From the NCBI GenBank assembly GCA_965205015.1, contig OZ242029.1, positions 3,648,001-3,712,000 on the forward strand: a stretch of DNA of 64,000 nucleotides, in the 5' to 3' direction. Positions 55,495 through 64,000 of this stretch are shown piece after piece; position 1 is the first letter of the stretch; each line of letters begins with the position of its first letter. The stretch comes from Candidatus Poribacteria bacterium (GTDB lineage Bacteria > Poribacteria > WGA-4E > WGA-3G). The notes under the pieces were generated by a model that saw nothing but the letters and a program-made list of their open reading frames with translations, ran no database searches and was not told where the DNA came from. The position numbers and the translations under genes were made by a program.

Positions 55495-56151
55495 TTAGAA
55501 TCTATGCGTAAAGATTAGAGAACTGATACCATTATCCCTTTGTTGCACGTGGACGGAAAATCTTCGATTATTATACGCTTCGGCTGTCTTCGGGGCATCA
55601 AGGATATTCCAAATGTGGATTCCGATACCTGTTGCGAGAAGAACACCGCTGAAAAATGCATGGTTCTTCATCCGAGTGCGTCCTTGCTCGTACGTTAAGA
55701 ATTCACCCGTTCGGATGTCTTGGAATCCTGTCTCAAAAACACCTTGGTCGTTGTAATGCAAGGCGCGTGCGATGTTATAGCCAGCAAGTGCAAAGGTTCC
55801 TAACTCAGCCGTCAGGAAAAATGTCGCTTTTGTATAATTGCCGGCGTAAGCCTGCCCCAATCCGGGCATAAAAGTTGACAACCGTGATGCTTTTTTCAGA
55901 TCAAGCGGTGGATAGTACCGTTCTGCGTGTGACCGAAACAGTGGATACTCCGATTCAGTTTCAGAAGTATCCGACAAATAGTTACGCAGAAATGGTTGCG
56001 TTTTTTGATTTTTCGCGTCAGACTTCTCATCAATGGCCGCGGTTTCAGCGTTTACCGATACAGAACCGGAGATGAAAAGTAGCAGAAACGCAAGTAGCAT
56101 GCAGAGAGGCGGCATCCACACCGCCTCAACTTTTTTTAACATGAAGTGCAC
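55495..56151 (-). CDS. Hypothetical membrane/exported protein (DUF5683-like)
   Basis: S...PGLGQ.Y.G motif, WNILDA, terminal Phe. Confidence 0.6.
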   Translation of the reverse strand: MHFMLKKVEAVWMPPLCMLLAFLLLFISGSVSVNAETAAIDEKSDAKNQKTQPFLRNYLSDTSETESEYPLFRSHAERYYPPLDLKKASRLSTFMPGLGQAYAGNYTKATFFLTAELGTFALAGYNIARALHYNDQGVFETGFQDIRTGEFLTYEQGRTRMKNHAFFSGVLLATGIGIHIWNILDAPKTAEAYNNRRFSVHVQQRDNGISSLIFTHRF

Positions 56152-56154
56152 TCC

Positions 56155-56952
56155 TTATTGAAGTATCTTGAGAGATGGTGCCAATTGGACGTTTTCTGGC
56201 TCGGTTTGGTATGCCCAATCGAAGATGACAGCATCATCAGAAAGTTTGCGGACCTGAATTTTGGCGAAGTTTCCATCAGGTGTATAGATCGCATAGATAT
56301 GCTTCTCAATGAGTTCAACAAATAGCGTCGTATACCCAAATTCCGGAACAATATCAACCCCATCAAAGTATTCATGATACCCCAAATCTTGCATGAACGT
56401 GTCATTATCAGAATAGAGGTACTTGACGTTTACCTCGGTATCAAAGCCGAAATAGACATCGGTCGCGGGTGTGTCCCACGGGATACTCCCTTTTTCTGGT
56501 CGAGAGAAATCAAATCCGCTTCTTCCAGGGGCAAGATTGTAGTCATCCAGAACGACGTTCTGCCCTTCTGGTCGGGGTGTATCCCAAGCATCTTCGGGGC
56601 TCAACTTGCTCTCGTTCCCGTCAATATCATAAGCGGAAACGGCGTAATGGTACGTCTCTCCATTTCGCACTGTCGTATCTGTATAACGCGTGGTATTTTC
56701 CGACACCTCTACTAATGCATTAAAATCTGTGTCGTTGCGTCCACGCCACACTGTGTAACCCGCCAAGTCATATTCGCCATTTGGGTACCACTCGACGATG
56801 ACTTGCTCATCGCCTGTGATGGTTCTGACCCCGCGCGGCGTCGCGGGCGGCTCATCATCTGTATTGCTGGTATCAACGTAACATCCACTAATATTGCCAA
56901 GCAAGATAATGAAGAGTAGTGTTGTGAGAATTCCGTTAATTTGGACTAACAT
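56155..56952 (-). CDS. Lipoprotein with a fibronectin type III domain
   Basis: Lipobox ISGC; FN3 motifs PP..P, W, GY.V.R, Y.Y.VSA.D..GNES. Confidence 0.8.
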   Translation of the reverse strand: MLVQINGILTTLLFIILLGNISGCYVDTSNTDDEPPATPRGVRTITGDEQVIVEWYPNGEYDLAGYTVWRGRNDTDFNALVEVSENTTRYTDTTVRNGETYHYAVSAYDIDGNESKLSPEDAWDTPRPEGQNVVLDDYNLAPGRSGFDFSRPEKGSIPWDTPATDVYFGFDTEVNVKYLYSDNDTFMQDLGYHEYFDGVDIVPEFGYTTLFVELIEKHIYAIYTPDGNFAKIQVRKLSDDAVIFDWAYQTEPENVQLAPSLKILQ

Positions 56953-57031
56953 GTTTTATTTCCTCCAGAGTTTGAATTGTGTTGAACTCTGTAACGGATA
57001 TCCTCCTAAATGTGTTGACAGACCTTATAAA

Positions 57032-57060
57032 ATAATATCACAAAAGGCTTGGGAATGCAA
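57032..57060 (-). promoter_or_regulatory. Putative sigma70 promoter for the leftward operon
   Basis: TTGCAT-17 bp-TATTAT with extended TG. Confidence 0.5.
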
Positions 57061-57174
57061 GTGAAAATTTCCTGAAGTCTGAGTTGTGATTTATGTGATT
57101 TGTGTGATTTACCGTGATTGTAACAGTCCGTGAGGGAGTTGTCTGAATCAGGATTCTCAGGATTTGTAAGATTA

Positions 57175-57203
57175 TTGACACGCCACTTTGATTGTGATAG
57201 GAT
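57175..57203 (+). promoter_or_regulatory. Putative sigma70 promoter for sixA
   Basis: TTGACA-17 bp-TAGGAT with extended TG. Confidence 0.55.
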
Positions 57204-57244
57204 ACGAAGAAAGATTTCATACCAATCTATATGAAGGAGACACA

Positions 57245-57742
57245 ATGAAAACGCTCCTGATTCTGCGGCATGCCAAATCCAGTTGGAAGTATCCAGAACT
57301 CTCTGATTATGATCGACCTCTCAATAGACGGGGTAAACGGGACGCCCCGCGCATGGGGAAATTTCTGCGGGAACAAGGAGTGACGCCTGACAGGATCCTC
57401 ACTTCATCGGCAAAGCGCGCGAGGAACACCGCGAGTCGCGTCGCAAAAACGTGCGGTTATCCGGGCAAAGTTAAAAAGTTAGATACGTTTTATGATGCTG
57501 TCGTTGGAATTTACTATGAAACGCTACAAACAGTGCCAGACAAATATCAGCGTGTCATGGTCGTCGGGCATAATCCGACAATGGAACAACTCGTGAATTA
57601 TTTGACTGGAGAGTTCAGACGGATGCCAACCGCTGCACTTGCCCATATCGAACTCCCCATCCAAGGTTGGGAAGCACTGGACTTGAATACAGTAGGAACG
57701 TTAGTCAATTTATGGACACCCAAAACACTTTTCACCGATTGA
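57245..57742 (+). CDS. sixA: Phosphohistidine phosphatase, SixA family
   Basis: LRHAKS, D.DRPL..RG, S.A.RA..T, VGHNP; SD AAGGAG. Confidence 0.88.
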   Translation: MKTLLILRHAKSSWKYPELSDYDRPLNRRGKRDAPRMGKFLREQGVTPDRILTSSAKRARNTASRVAKTCGYPGKVKKLDTFYDAVVGIYYETLQTVPDKYQRVMVVGHNPTMEQLVNYLTGEFRRMPTAALAHIELPIQGWEALDLNTVGTLVNLWTPKTLFTD

Positions 57743-59106
57743 GCCCATTGTTATTAGGCGTGCTTCTTTTCCTGTTTGTGGGCTTTTGCACACTCTGTAA
57801 ATTTTCGTCGGCTGAAATCCCGGTTTCAACAGCGAAAGACGGGCAATTCCTCCCGTGGGTCGTGGACGATGGTGACGGGGGCGTTGTTGTCATGTGGGAG
57901 GATTACCGGACGGGTCGGGATTGGGATGTCTACGGGCAGCGTGTTGATAGCAGCGGCACACCGCGCTGGGAGGAGAATGGGGTCGCAATCTGTAAGGCGG
58001 ATCGGAATCAACGTCGCTTACGAATGATTCGGCACGAAGCGCACGCGATCGTTGTTTGGAACGATCGGCGCGACAGAAGTAATTGGGATATCTATGCCCA
58101 AGCGGTGAATCTTGAAGGGGAGGTGCTTTGGCAAACAGATGGGATCCCTGTCTGTGTAAATGGGGCGGATCAATCCACGCAAGCGATTTTGAGTGACGGT
58201 GAAGGCGGGGCGATCTGCGTTTGGGAAGATGAACGTCGAAGTTCCGAATTCCAAGATCTGTACATCCAACGGATCACTGCGAAAGGCGAAACGCTGTGGA
58301 AACCTAACGGGATACCCGTTTTCCCGTCAGAATCCCTCCAGAGCGATCCGATTCTGCTTGCAGATGGGACGGGGGGTTTTTATATTGTTTGGTGGGATGT
58401 CATTGGGTATGACGCTTGGCATATCATGGCATACCGACTGAGCTTAGATGCAGAACCGTTGTGGGACGCACCGCGCCTCATTTCGCCAGCAGAAGGGGTG
58501 CAAGGCGAGCCGCGGGTGATCGCCGATGGTGAAGGCGGATTTATCGTTCTGTGGCAGGTTTACGAAAATTTTATTAACGATCAGCTTTACGCCCAGCGGG
58601 TTGCCCCTGACGGTCGCAAGGTGTGGGAGGATAAGGGTGTTCCTATCTGCACGGCGCCGGGTATCCAGAAACACGCTTCGGTTGCGAGCGACGGCGACGG
58701 CGGTTTTATCGTCGTCTGGAGAGACGAGCGCGATGTCTATTCCGATTTATATATGCAGCGCGTCCGTGCCGATGGAAGTCTTGTCTGGAAGGAAGATGGT
58801 ATCCCGCTTTGCACAGCGGGTGGGCATCAGGACAAACCCTTCATCGTGCGAACTGCGGAGAACCGTTTCTCTGTGGTATGGTTGGACTATCGAGAGGACT
58901 TCGGTGAGGAGAGTAGTGATGCAATTTATCGTCAGCAAATTGATTTAGAAGGCAATTCGTTGTGGGAAAGAAACGGGGTCGCTGTTTCTACAAGGGCAGG
59001 GAAACATTATCCGCCGTTTGTGGTAACTGTTGGAGGGGGGAAGTGGATCGTTGTCTGGAGCAATACCCAGCAAGACAATGGTGATATTTATCTTAAACGG
59101 TTTTAA
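57712..59106 (+). CDS. Secreted repeat protein (about 7 repeats, probable beta-propeller)
   Basis: Signal peptide; repeats of DG.GG..V.W.D.R...D.Y.QRV...G...W...G.PIC. Confidence 0.75.
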   Translation: MDTQNTFHRLSPLLLGVLLFLFVGFCTLCKFSSAEIPVSTAKDGQFLPWVVDDGDGGVVVMWEDYRTGRDWDVYGQRVDSSGTPRWEENGVAICKADRNQRRLRMIRHEAHAIVVWNDRRDRSNWDIYAQAVNLEGEVLWQTDGIPVCVNGADQSTQAILSDGEGGAICVWEDERRSSEFQDLYIQRITAKGETLWKPNGIPVFPSESLQSDPILLADGTGGFYIVWWDVIGYDAWHIMAYRLSLDAEPLWDAPRLISPAEGVQGEPRVIADGEGGFIVLWQVYENFINDQLYAQRVAPDGRKVWEDKGVPICTAPGIQKHASVASDGDGGFIVVWRDERDVYSDLYMQRVRADGSLVWKEDGIPLCTAGGHQDKPFIVRTAENRFSVVWLDYREDFGEESSDAIYRQQIDLEGNSLWERNGVAVSTRAGKHYPPFVVTVGGGKWIVVWSNTQQDNGDIYLKRF

Positions 59107-60980
59107 GTGGATTCTCTGCTCATCTCAATGAGATGCGCGCCTTCAAGCCCAGAACGGACATCTTCATCATAACTCGTCACGACGACTTGGTGTTCTTCGG
59201 CGAGTTGACGGATGAAATCGACCATCAATGCTTTCCGTTCTTCATCTAAGTGGAGCGTTGGGTCATCGAAGACAAAAAAGCCGGGATTGCCTAATACCTT
59301 GGCGAGGGCAACCTTGAAGCAGAGATAGAGGAACATCTTCTCACTGCCGCTGAGCAACATCAGACTCCGATCGACACCATCTATCGTGAGCGAAGGGAGT
59401 AAATGTTGGCGTTGGAGGTCGATTCGAGTTTGTCCCCCGCTCCCGCGAGAACTTGAAAAGAGTTGCATCTTTTCGAGCCAGTGGTGCAACTCCTCTTCAG
59501 CGGGTTTGAGGATTTGACGTTGGAGGGTTTCGATGGTTTTGTCCACCCCGGCGCAGGCGAGTTCTAAACTCAGGAGTGTCTTTTCAATTTTAGCGGCATC
59601 TCTGTTCGTTCGCTGGAGCGCGCCAAGCCTGTCTAAACGGACGGCTTCTTGCTGCTTGAGTCGGTCGAGACGTTTCCGCTCCTGATCAATTTGGACTTTC
59701 AGCTTCGGTTTGTCTATGCCAGTGGAGGTTTCAGAGGGCAATTGTTCGTCTTTTTGGATTCCCCTCTCCGTTAATCGGGAAGTCAGATCGCTGAGTTCCC
59801 TCTGAATTTCCTCGATTTCGCCGGTGTGTTGTTCAAATCGTGCTAAACGTCCCTGCAAAGTTTGAAGTCGTTGTTCAAGTTCCCGCCGACTCTTTAAATT
59901 CTCGGTTTCTGTCTCTAGTGATTGCTTGAGGGACTCCAATTCGGTGCAGCGTTGTGATTTTTCAATTCCTTTTTCGTCGATAATCTGTTGAACGACCTCG
60001 CGCTCAACCTCCTGATAACAGGTTGGACAGTGCTGTTCATTGTTCTCAATTAGGGTTCGGAGGGTGTTACAGACATTCGTCAACGCCGCAATTTGCGACT
60101 CAAGGCTGCCAATTTGTTGTATCAGTTCCTCCCGTTTCGCTTCTAATCCAGCGGCTCCCTGAATACTGGTCTCGATTTTAGTGATCATTTCTCGCAACGG
60201 ATCAATGCCTTTGAATCCGCGCAATGCCTCGTGTTGCTCGTGTGTGAGTAGGTCTAAACGTCTCTGTAAACGGCGCTGGTGCTGTAGCCATTCTACGATT
60301 AAGGCAGCATCGCCGGTTTCGGCACCGTAGGCGGCTTCTAAGCCTTTCAACTTTTCTTCAATGCGTTCGATTTCGGTTTGATCCACGTTCTGTGCATTGA
60401 ACCGCAAACTATTTTGGTGCGCACGAATCCTGCCCTGCTCCCGTTTCGCGATGCGGCGTGTGTCAATAAACCGCTCCCGTACTTCAATGAGTCTGTCGAT
60501 ACCGAGGAGTGTATGGAGAATATCGCGCCGACTCGTGGACTGACGGGCGAGGAACTCAAAAATCTCGCCTTCGCGGAGGAACGTGGTGAGGGCAAGCTGC
60601 TCGTGCATAATGCCGAATCGCTCTTGTAACAGTGTTTCCGTCACCCGAACACGGTTCTCATCGAAGACGATCTGCCACCCCCCGTTTTTTTCTGACCGGA
60701 GTTGGATACGTTTTCCCGTCGCTCGGTAGAGTAGATAGCGTTCACCCTCCGCGATGAATTGGAGACCCGCCGTGCCGCTATAGGCTTTGGCATTTTTTAT
60801 CGCGGCGGCATCCACGCGCGGGACGATCGGCTTGCCGGTTAGCGTGAAGAAGATCGCATTGACGAGCGTGCTTTTCCCACTGAAGTTGGGACCGAAAATG
60901 AGATTGATGCCGTTGTGAAGCGCAAAATCGCGCTGTTCAAAACAGCCGAAAGTCTTAAGACGGATCCGCTCTAACTGCAT
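59103..60980 (-). CDS. Rad50/SbcC-like SMC ATPase
   Basis: GPNFSGKST, coiled coils around a CPTC zinc hook, LSGSE signature, FDDPT. Confidence 0.85.
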   Translation of the reverse strand: MQLERIRLKTFGCFEQRDFALHNGINLIFGPNFSGKSTLVNAIFFTLTGKPIVPRVDAAAIKNAKAYSGTAGLQFIAEGERYLLYRATGKRIQLRSEKNGGWQIVFDENRVRVTETLLQERFGIMHEQLALTTFLREGEIFEFLARQSTSRRDILHTLLGIDRLIEVRERFIDTRRIAKREQGRIRAHQNSLRFNAQNVDQTEIERIEEKLKGLEAAYGAETGDAALIVEWLQHQRRLQRRLDLLTHEQHEALRGFKGIDPLREMITKIETSIQGAAGLEAKREELIQQIGSLESQIAALTNVCNTLRTLIENNEQHCPTCYQEVEREVVQQIIDEKGIEKSQRCTELESLKQSLETETENLKSRRELEQRLQTLQGRLARFEQHTGEIEEIQRELSDLTSRLTERGIQKDEQLPSETSTGIDKPKLKVQIDQERKRLDRLKQQEAVRLDRLGALQRTNRDAAKIEKTLLSLELACAGVDKTIETLQRQILKPAEEELHHWLEKMQLFSSSRGSGGQTRIDLQRQHLLPSLTIDGVDRSLMLLSGSEKMFLYLCFKVALAKVLGNPGFFVFDDPTLHLDEERKALMVDFIRQLAEEHQVVVTSYDEDVRSGLEGAHLIEMSREST

Positions 60981-60981
60981 A

Positions 60982-61188
60982 TCAGGCGTCTCTCTTTTGA
61001 TGAATAAGATCGTAAAGCATTTGGGCTCGAACTTTCTCACGTCCGTTCGTCAAAGTCAGTTCAAATGCGCGCACAATCGCTTCAAGTTCAGCGGGACCGA
61101 GGTCTCTATATTTTTCTTCCCGCTGAATCAATTCCTCAATTTCCTTTTTGTAAATATGTTGTGTTTCGTTTTCGAGGGAGATATCCAT
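60982..61188 (-). CDS. Small hypothetical protein
   Basis: 68-aa helical ORF ending 1 bp before the ATPase start. Confidence 0.55.
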   Translation of the reverse strand: MDISLENETQHIYKKEIEELIQREEKYRDLGPAELEAIVRAFELTLTNGREKVRAQMLYDLIHQKRDA

Positions 61189-61278
61189 TTTTAATTATAT
61201 CTTGCGGATAAATGACGTGCGCCTGAACTTTGACGGGTGCTTCTTAGATCCGCACTCCATTTCATTGCGTGCTAACGT
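61189..61278 (-). repeat. 90-bp structured dispersed element, copy A
   Basis: Aligns to 54550-54639 and ends directly at ATG 61188. Confidence 0.65.
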
Positions 61279-61306
61279 TTTCGGTGTTTTGAAACTTAGT
61301 TTCTTT

Positions 61307-62500
61307 TCAGATTTTTGTTTTAATCTGCATCAAGCGTTCAGCGGCTTCGGCGAGGACGTCGTCCGCCATACTAAACATGAACCGAAATTTCGTCCTACCG
61401 AGGTGTGGACGACTGTAGAAGCTTGAACCTGGCACACCACCGACTCCGATTTCTTTCACCAAATAGTGGGCAAAGGCGGTATCGTCAGAAAACCCAAAAT
61501 CGGTGATGTCGGTCATGATATAATACGCGCCCTCCGGCTCGTGGCAAAGGAATCCGGCTTTTGTGAGGTTCTCAACGAGATATTTACGATTCTTGTTATA
61601 TTTCGCAACCAAGTTCGCGTGGTAACTCGGTGGCAAATTGAGTGCCGCGACGCCAGCACGCTGAAGCGGATGCGGTGCCCCGACTGTCAAGAAGTCATGC
61701 ATTTTGCGGATGGCATCGGTCAAAATCTCCGGGGCAATGACGTACCCTAATCGCCAGCCCGTCATAGAATATGCCTTGCTCAATCCCGATACGGTAATCG
61801 TCCGATCCCGCATTTGCGGCAATGAACCGATACTGAGGTGGGACTTATCGTCATAGATCATGTGCTCGTATATTTCATCGGTGATCGCAAGGCAGTCGTA
61901 TTCACAGCAGAGGTCGGCGATCTCTTGAAGTTCGTCCTGTGTGAAAACCTTGCCGAGTGGGTTATTCGGCGTGTTTATGACGATCGCTTTTGTGTTGGCA
62001 GAGAAGGCATCTCGGAGTTCGGTTGGGTCGTAGGTAAAGTGGACAGTCCCGTCAGACGCGACGGTCTCCTGCAACGCCACATAGACGGGTTTCGCACCAG
62101 AGATGATGGTATCGGGTCCGTAGTTTTCATAAAAGGGTTCAAAGATGATAATCTCGTCGTCAGGATTGATGATTGCGAGAAGCGAGGAGAGCATGCCTTC
62201 CGTTGAACCGCAGGTGACGGTCACGTTTCTGTCGGGATCGGTGGGAATACAGTTAAAAGTCGTCATTTTATGAGCGATCGCTTCACGAAACGCGGGTGCT
62301 CCCCACGTGATGCTGTACTGATTATAGCCGTCTTGGATCGCTTCAATGGCTGCGGCTTTGACTTCTGGAGGGGGTTGATACGCGGGCGTGCCTTGGGAGA
62401 GGTTGATCGCATCATAGCGCAGGCAGAGTTGCGTCATGCCGCGGATGACGGATTCGGTAAAACGGGTGGATTTGTCTGAAAGTTTAGATCGAACGGAAAT
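61307..62500 (-). CDS. PLP-dependent aminotransferase class I/II
   Basis: INLSQG.P, NTPNNP.G, DEIY, SKAYSMTGWRLG; conserved N-terminus extends upstream of ATG 62437 to an ATT at 62500. Confidence 0.9.
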   Translation of the reverse strand: MSVRSKLSDKSTRFTESVIRGMTQLCLRYDAINLSQGTPAYQPPPEVKAAAIEAIQDGYNQYSITWGAPAFREAIAHKMTTFNCIPTDPDRNVTVTCGSTEGMLSSLLAIINPDDEIIIFEPFYENYGPDTIISGAKPVYVALQETVASDGTVHFTYDPTELRDAFSANTKAIVINTPNNPLGKVFTQDELQEIADLCCEYDCLAITDEIYEHMIYDDKSHLSIGSLPQMRDRTITVSGLSKAYSMTGWRLGYVIAPEILTDAIRKMHDFLTVGAPHPLQRAGVAALNLPPSYHANLVAKYNKNRKYLVENLTKAGFLCHEPEGAYYIMTDITDFGFSDDTAFAHYLVKEIGVGGVPGSSFYSRPHLGRTKFRFMFSMADDVLAEAAERLMQIKTKI

Positions 62501-62514
62501 TTTGGATACCTCAC

Positions 62515-63066
62515 CTATTCTTCGGTTTTATAACTCAAAATGATACCGTCATCTAAAGGGATGTCAACAGAGTGTAGTAGCGGTGTATTAAAGACGAATT
62601 CGACATAGTCGGGCATTTCATCGCGCATTGTTATGGTGTCATCAGCGACAATTAGACCCCCGGGACGGATATTGGGGAGCGCCAATTCGAGATAGCGTTG
62701 ATACTCATTTTTCTCTGCATCAAGGAATACAAGATCAAAGGTCGCATTGCATTTCGATATTTCATTGAGCGCATCTCCGATGCGGACTTCGACGATACTG
62801 TCTAACCCGACTTCCTGAAGATGCGTCTGTGCTTCTTCCGCCCGCTTCTGATCAAATTCAAGCGTGATGAGTCTACCGCCTGTCTCCTTCAGTGCGGCAG
62901 CGAGCCAGATTGTGGAATAGCCGTTGCTTGTTCCGACTTCGAGTACGTTCTGCGCCTGGATGGAACGGATAAGGATAGAGAGAAATTGCCCATTTTCCGG
63001 CGCGATATTGGTATACTGTTTTGCCGTTTTCTCGAGGCGTTTTAGGACGGAGTCGTAATTTTCCAT
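62515..63066 (-). CDS. O-methyltransferase (Methyltransf_3 family)
   Basis: LEVGTSNGYS, FDLVFLDA.K, GGLIVAD; start uncertain. Confidence 0.88.
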   Translation of the reverse strand: MENYDSVLKRLEKTAKQYTNIAPENGQFLSILIRSIQAQNVLEVGTSNGYSTIWLAAALKETGGRLITLEFDQKRAEEAQTHLQEVGLDSIVEVRIGDALNEISKCNATFDLVFLDAEKNEYQRYLELALPNIRPGGLIVADDTITMRDEMPDYVEFVFNTPLLHSVDIPLDDGIILSYKTEE

Positions 63067-63134
63067 AGGTACGGCGCGATGCTGGCGTTCACTCATAAAA
63101 GAGAGAGGCGGCAAGAATTGCCGCCTCGTGTTCC

Positions 63135-63917
63135 TTAGCGAAGTCTCTTGATTTTGCCCCAAGACGTGGCGAGTTTATCTTTTGGATTCACTGCCAAAAA
63201 TTCATCAGCCCCCATCTCCATGCTCTGTTCCATCTCGTCATCAGAGAGGGCGCGGTTCCAGAGTCGGACTTCGTCAACCATACCGGGCCACGCTTCACCA
63301 GCCCAGGTGCCGATCTGAATTCGGCTTGTAGCACCTGCGGGTGCGACAGGGTTGTTAGAGTCCTGATCGTGCGTGACTTTGCCGTCTACGTAAATCTTGA
63401 CTTTGCCTTTGTTGTCGCTTGTATGGGTATAGGACAGATAATACCATTTCCCGGTATCAAGACCCGTCTTGTTATCGTTGATATCCAAGAACCCGCCGCC
63501 AGCACCGTTCGTCCAAACTTTGATGCCGTTTCCGGGGTTCATTCCGTATCCGAATCCGATGTGTCTTCCACCGCCACCCATGCGTGTGCCAAAAACGATA
63601 GCGTGTGCACTCGGCAGTCGGTCAAGATTAATCCATGCGGCTTGTGTAATTTCGTCTTCGATATGGAAAGCGGCGTCGTCCTCAACAGCGACGAAATCGC
63701 TGGACGCGCTGAATTGAAGCGCCTTTCCAAATTTACCGTCAACCCATTTGGCACCGCCGTTGAGTTCCCCTTCAAAGCCGTTTTCTGAGAAGTCCTCAAC
63801 CTTGTTGCCTTTACCTTCATCAAGTGGCATGTAGAGAACGAGCCCTTCGAGTAAATCCGCGGCAGCATAGGTGCTGAACACCAAGGTGAGAATTAAGACA
63901 ATAAACAGTTGTTTCAC
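63135..63917 (-). CDS. Secreted LamG-like jellyroll domain protein
   Basis: Signal peptide, W..GKFG.AL.F, W.....T, IYVDG, G..DEVR.WNRALS, C-terminal AVNPKDKLATSWGKIK. Confidence 0.9.
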   Translation of the reverse strand: MKQLFIVLILTLVFSTYAAADLLEGLVLYMPLDEGKGNKVEDFSENGFEGELNGGAKWVDGKFGKALQFSASSDFVAVEDDAAFHIEDEITQAAWINLDRLPSAHAIVFGTRMGGGGRHIGFGYGMNPGNGIKVWTNGAGGGFLDINDNKTGLDTGKWYYLSYTHTSDNKGKVKIYVDGKVTHDQDSNNPVAPAGATSRIQIGTWAGEAWPGMVDEVRLWNRALSDDEMEQSMEMGADEFLAVNPKDKLATSWGKIKRLR

Positions 63918-63950
63918 AAGTTACCTCCATATAGATAGTTATACGTAACA

Positions 63951-63979
63951 ATGATACCACAAATCGAGGCAACTGTCAA
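63951..63979 (-). promoter_or_regulatory. Sigma70 promoter for the LamG gene
   Basis: TTGACA-17 bp-TATCAT with extended TG. Confidence 0.6.
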
Positions 63980-64000
63980 GGAGGCTTTGATGATGAACTA

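Noticed and set aside
57712-59106. Repeat protein as a novel system
   Set aside because: This DG.GG..W.D.R repeat type is a familiar feature of secreted proteins, and nothing in the context suggests a special role.

Overview
64-kb bacterial chromosome segment, probably Candidatus Poribacteria or a relative (inferred from the LamG protein with the C-terminal AVxPxxKLATxWGxIK motif, Uma2/Rpn genes and dense palindromic repeats). Main blocks: (1) an apparently intact type I restriction-modification locus (hsdR-hsdS...hsdM, 1-7123) with two orphan antitoxin-like genes and a TIGR04255/unknown/ADP-ribosyltransferase-like three-gene cassette between hsdS and hsdM; (2) metabolic and transport genes (7.1-32.6 kb), including an unusual nucleotidyltransferase-DUF89 phosphatase fusion; (3) a second, decayed type I RM island (32.6-43.2 kb) with nonsense mutations, a deletion, an IS4-family element with a 10-bp target duplication, a MITE, toxin-antitoxin remnants and an intact ABC-ATPase/DUF4276-like pair, bracketed by a relic duplicate of the hsdM 3' end; (4) an envelope-biogenesis operon (mfd, two parvulins, surA, lptD) in which LptD carries about 475 aa of nested parvulin domains and an acidic linker; (5) sixA, a repeat protein, a Rad50-like ATPase, an aminotransferase, an O-methyltransferase and a LamG protein. 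Several families of small dispersed repeats occur, some in frame inside genes and one with compensatory base pairing. No rRNA, tRNA or CRISPR array was seen. All calls come from motif reading by eye; no database searches were run.
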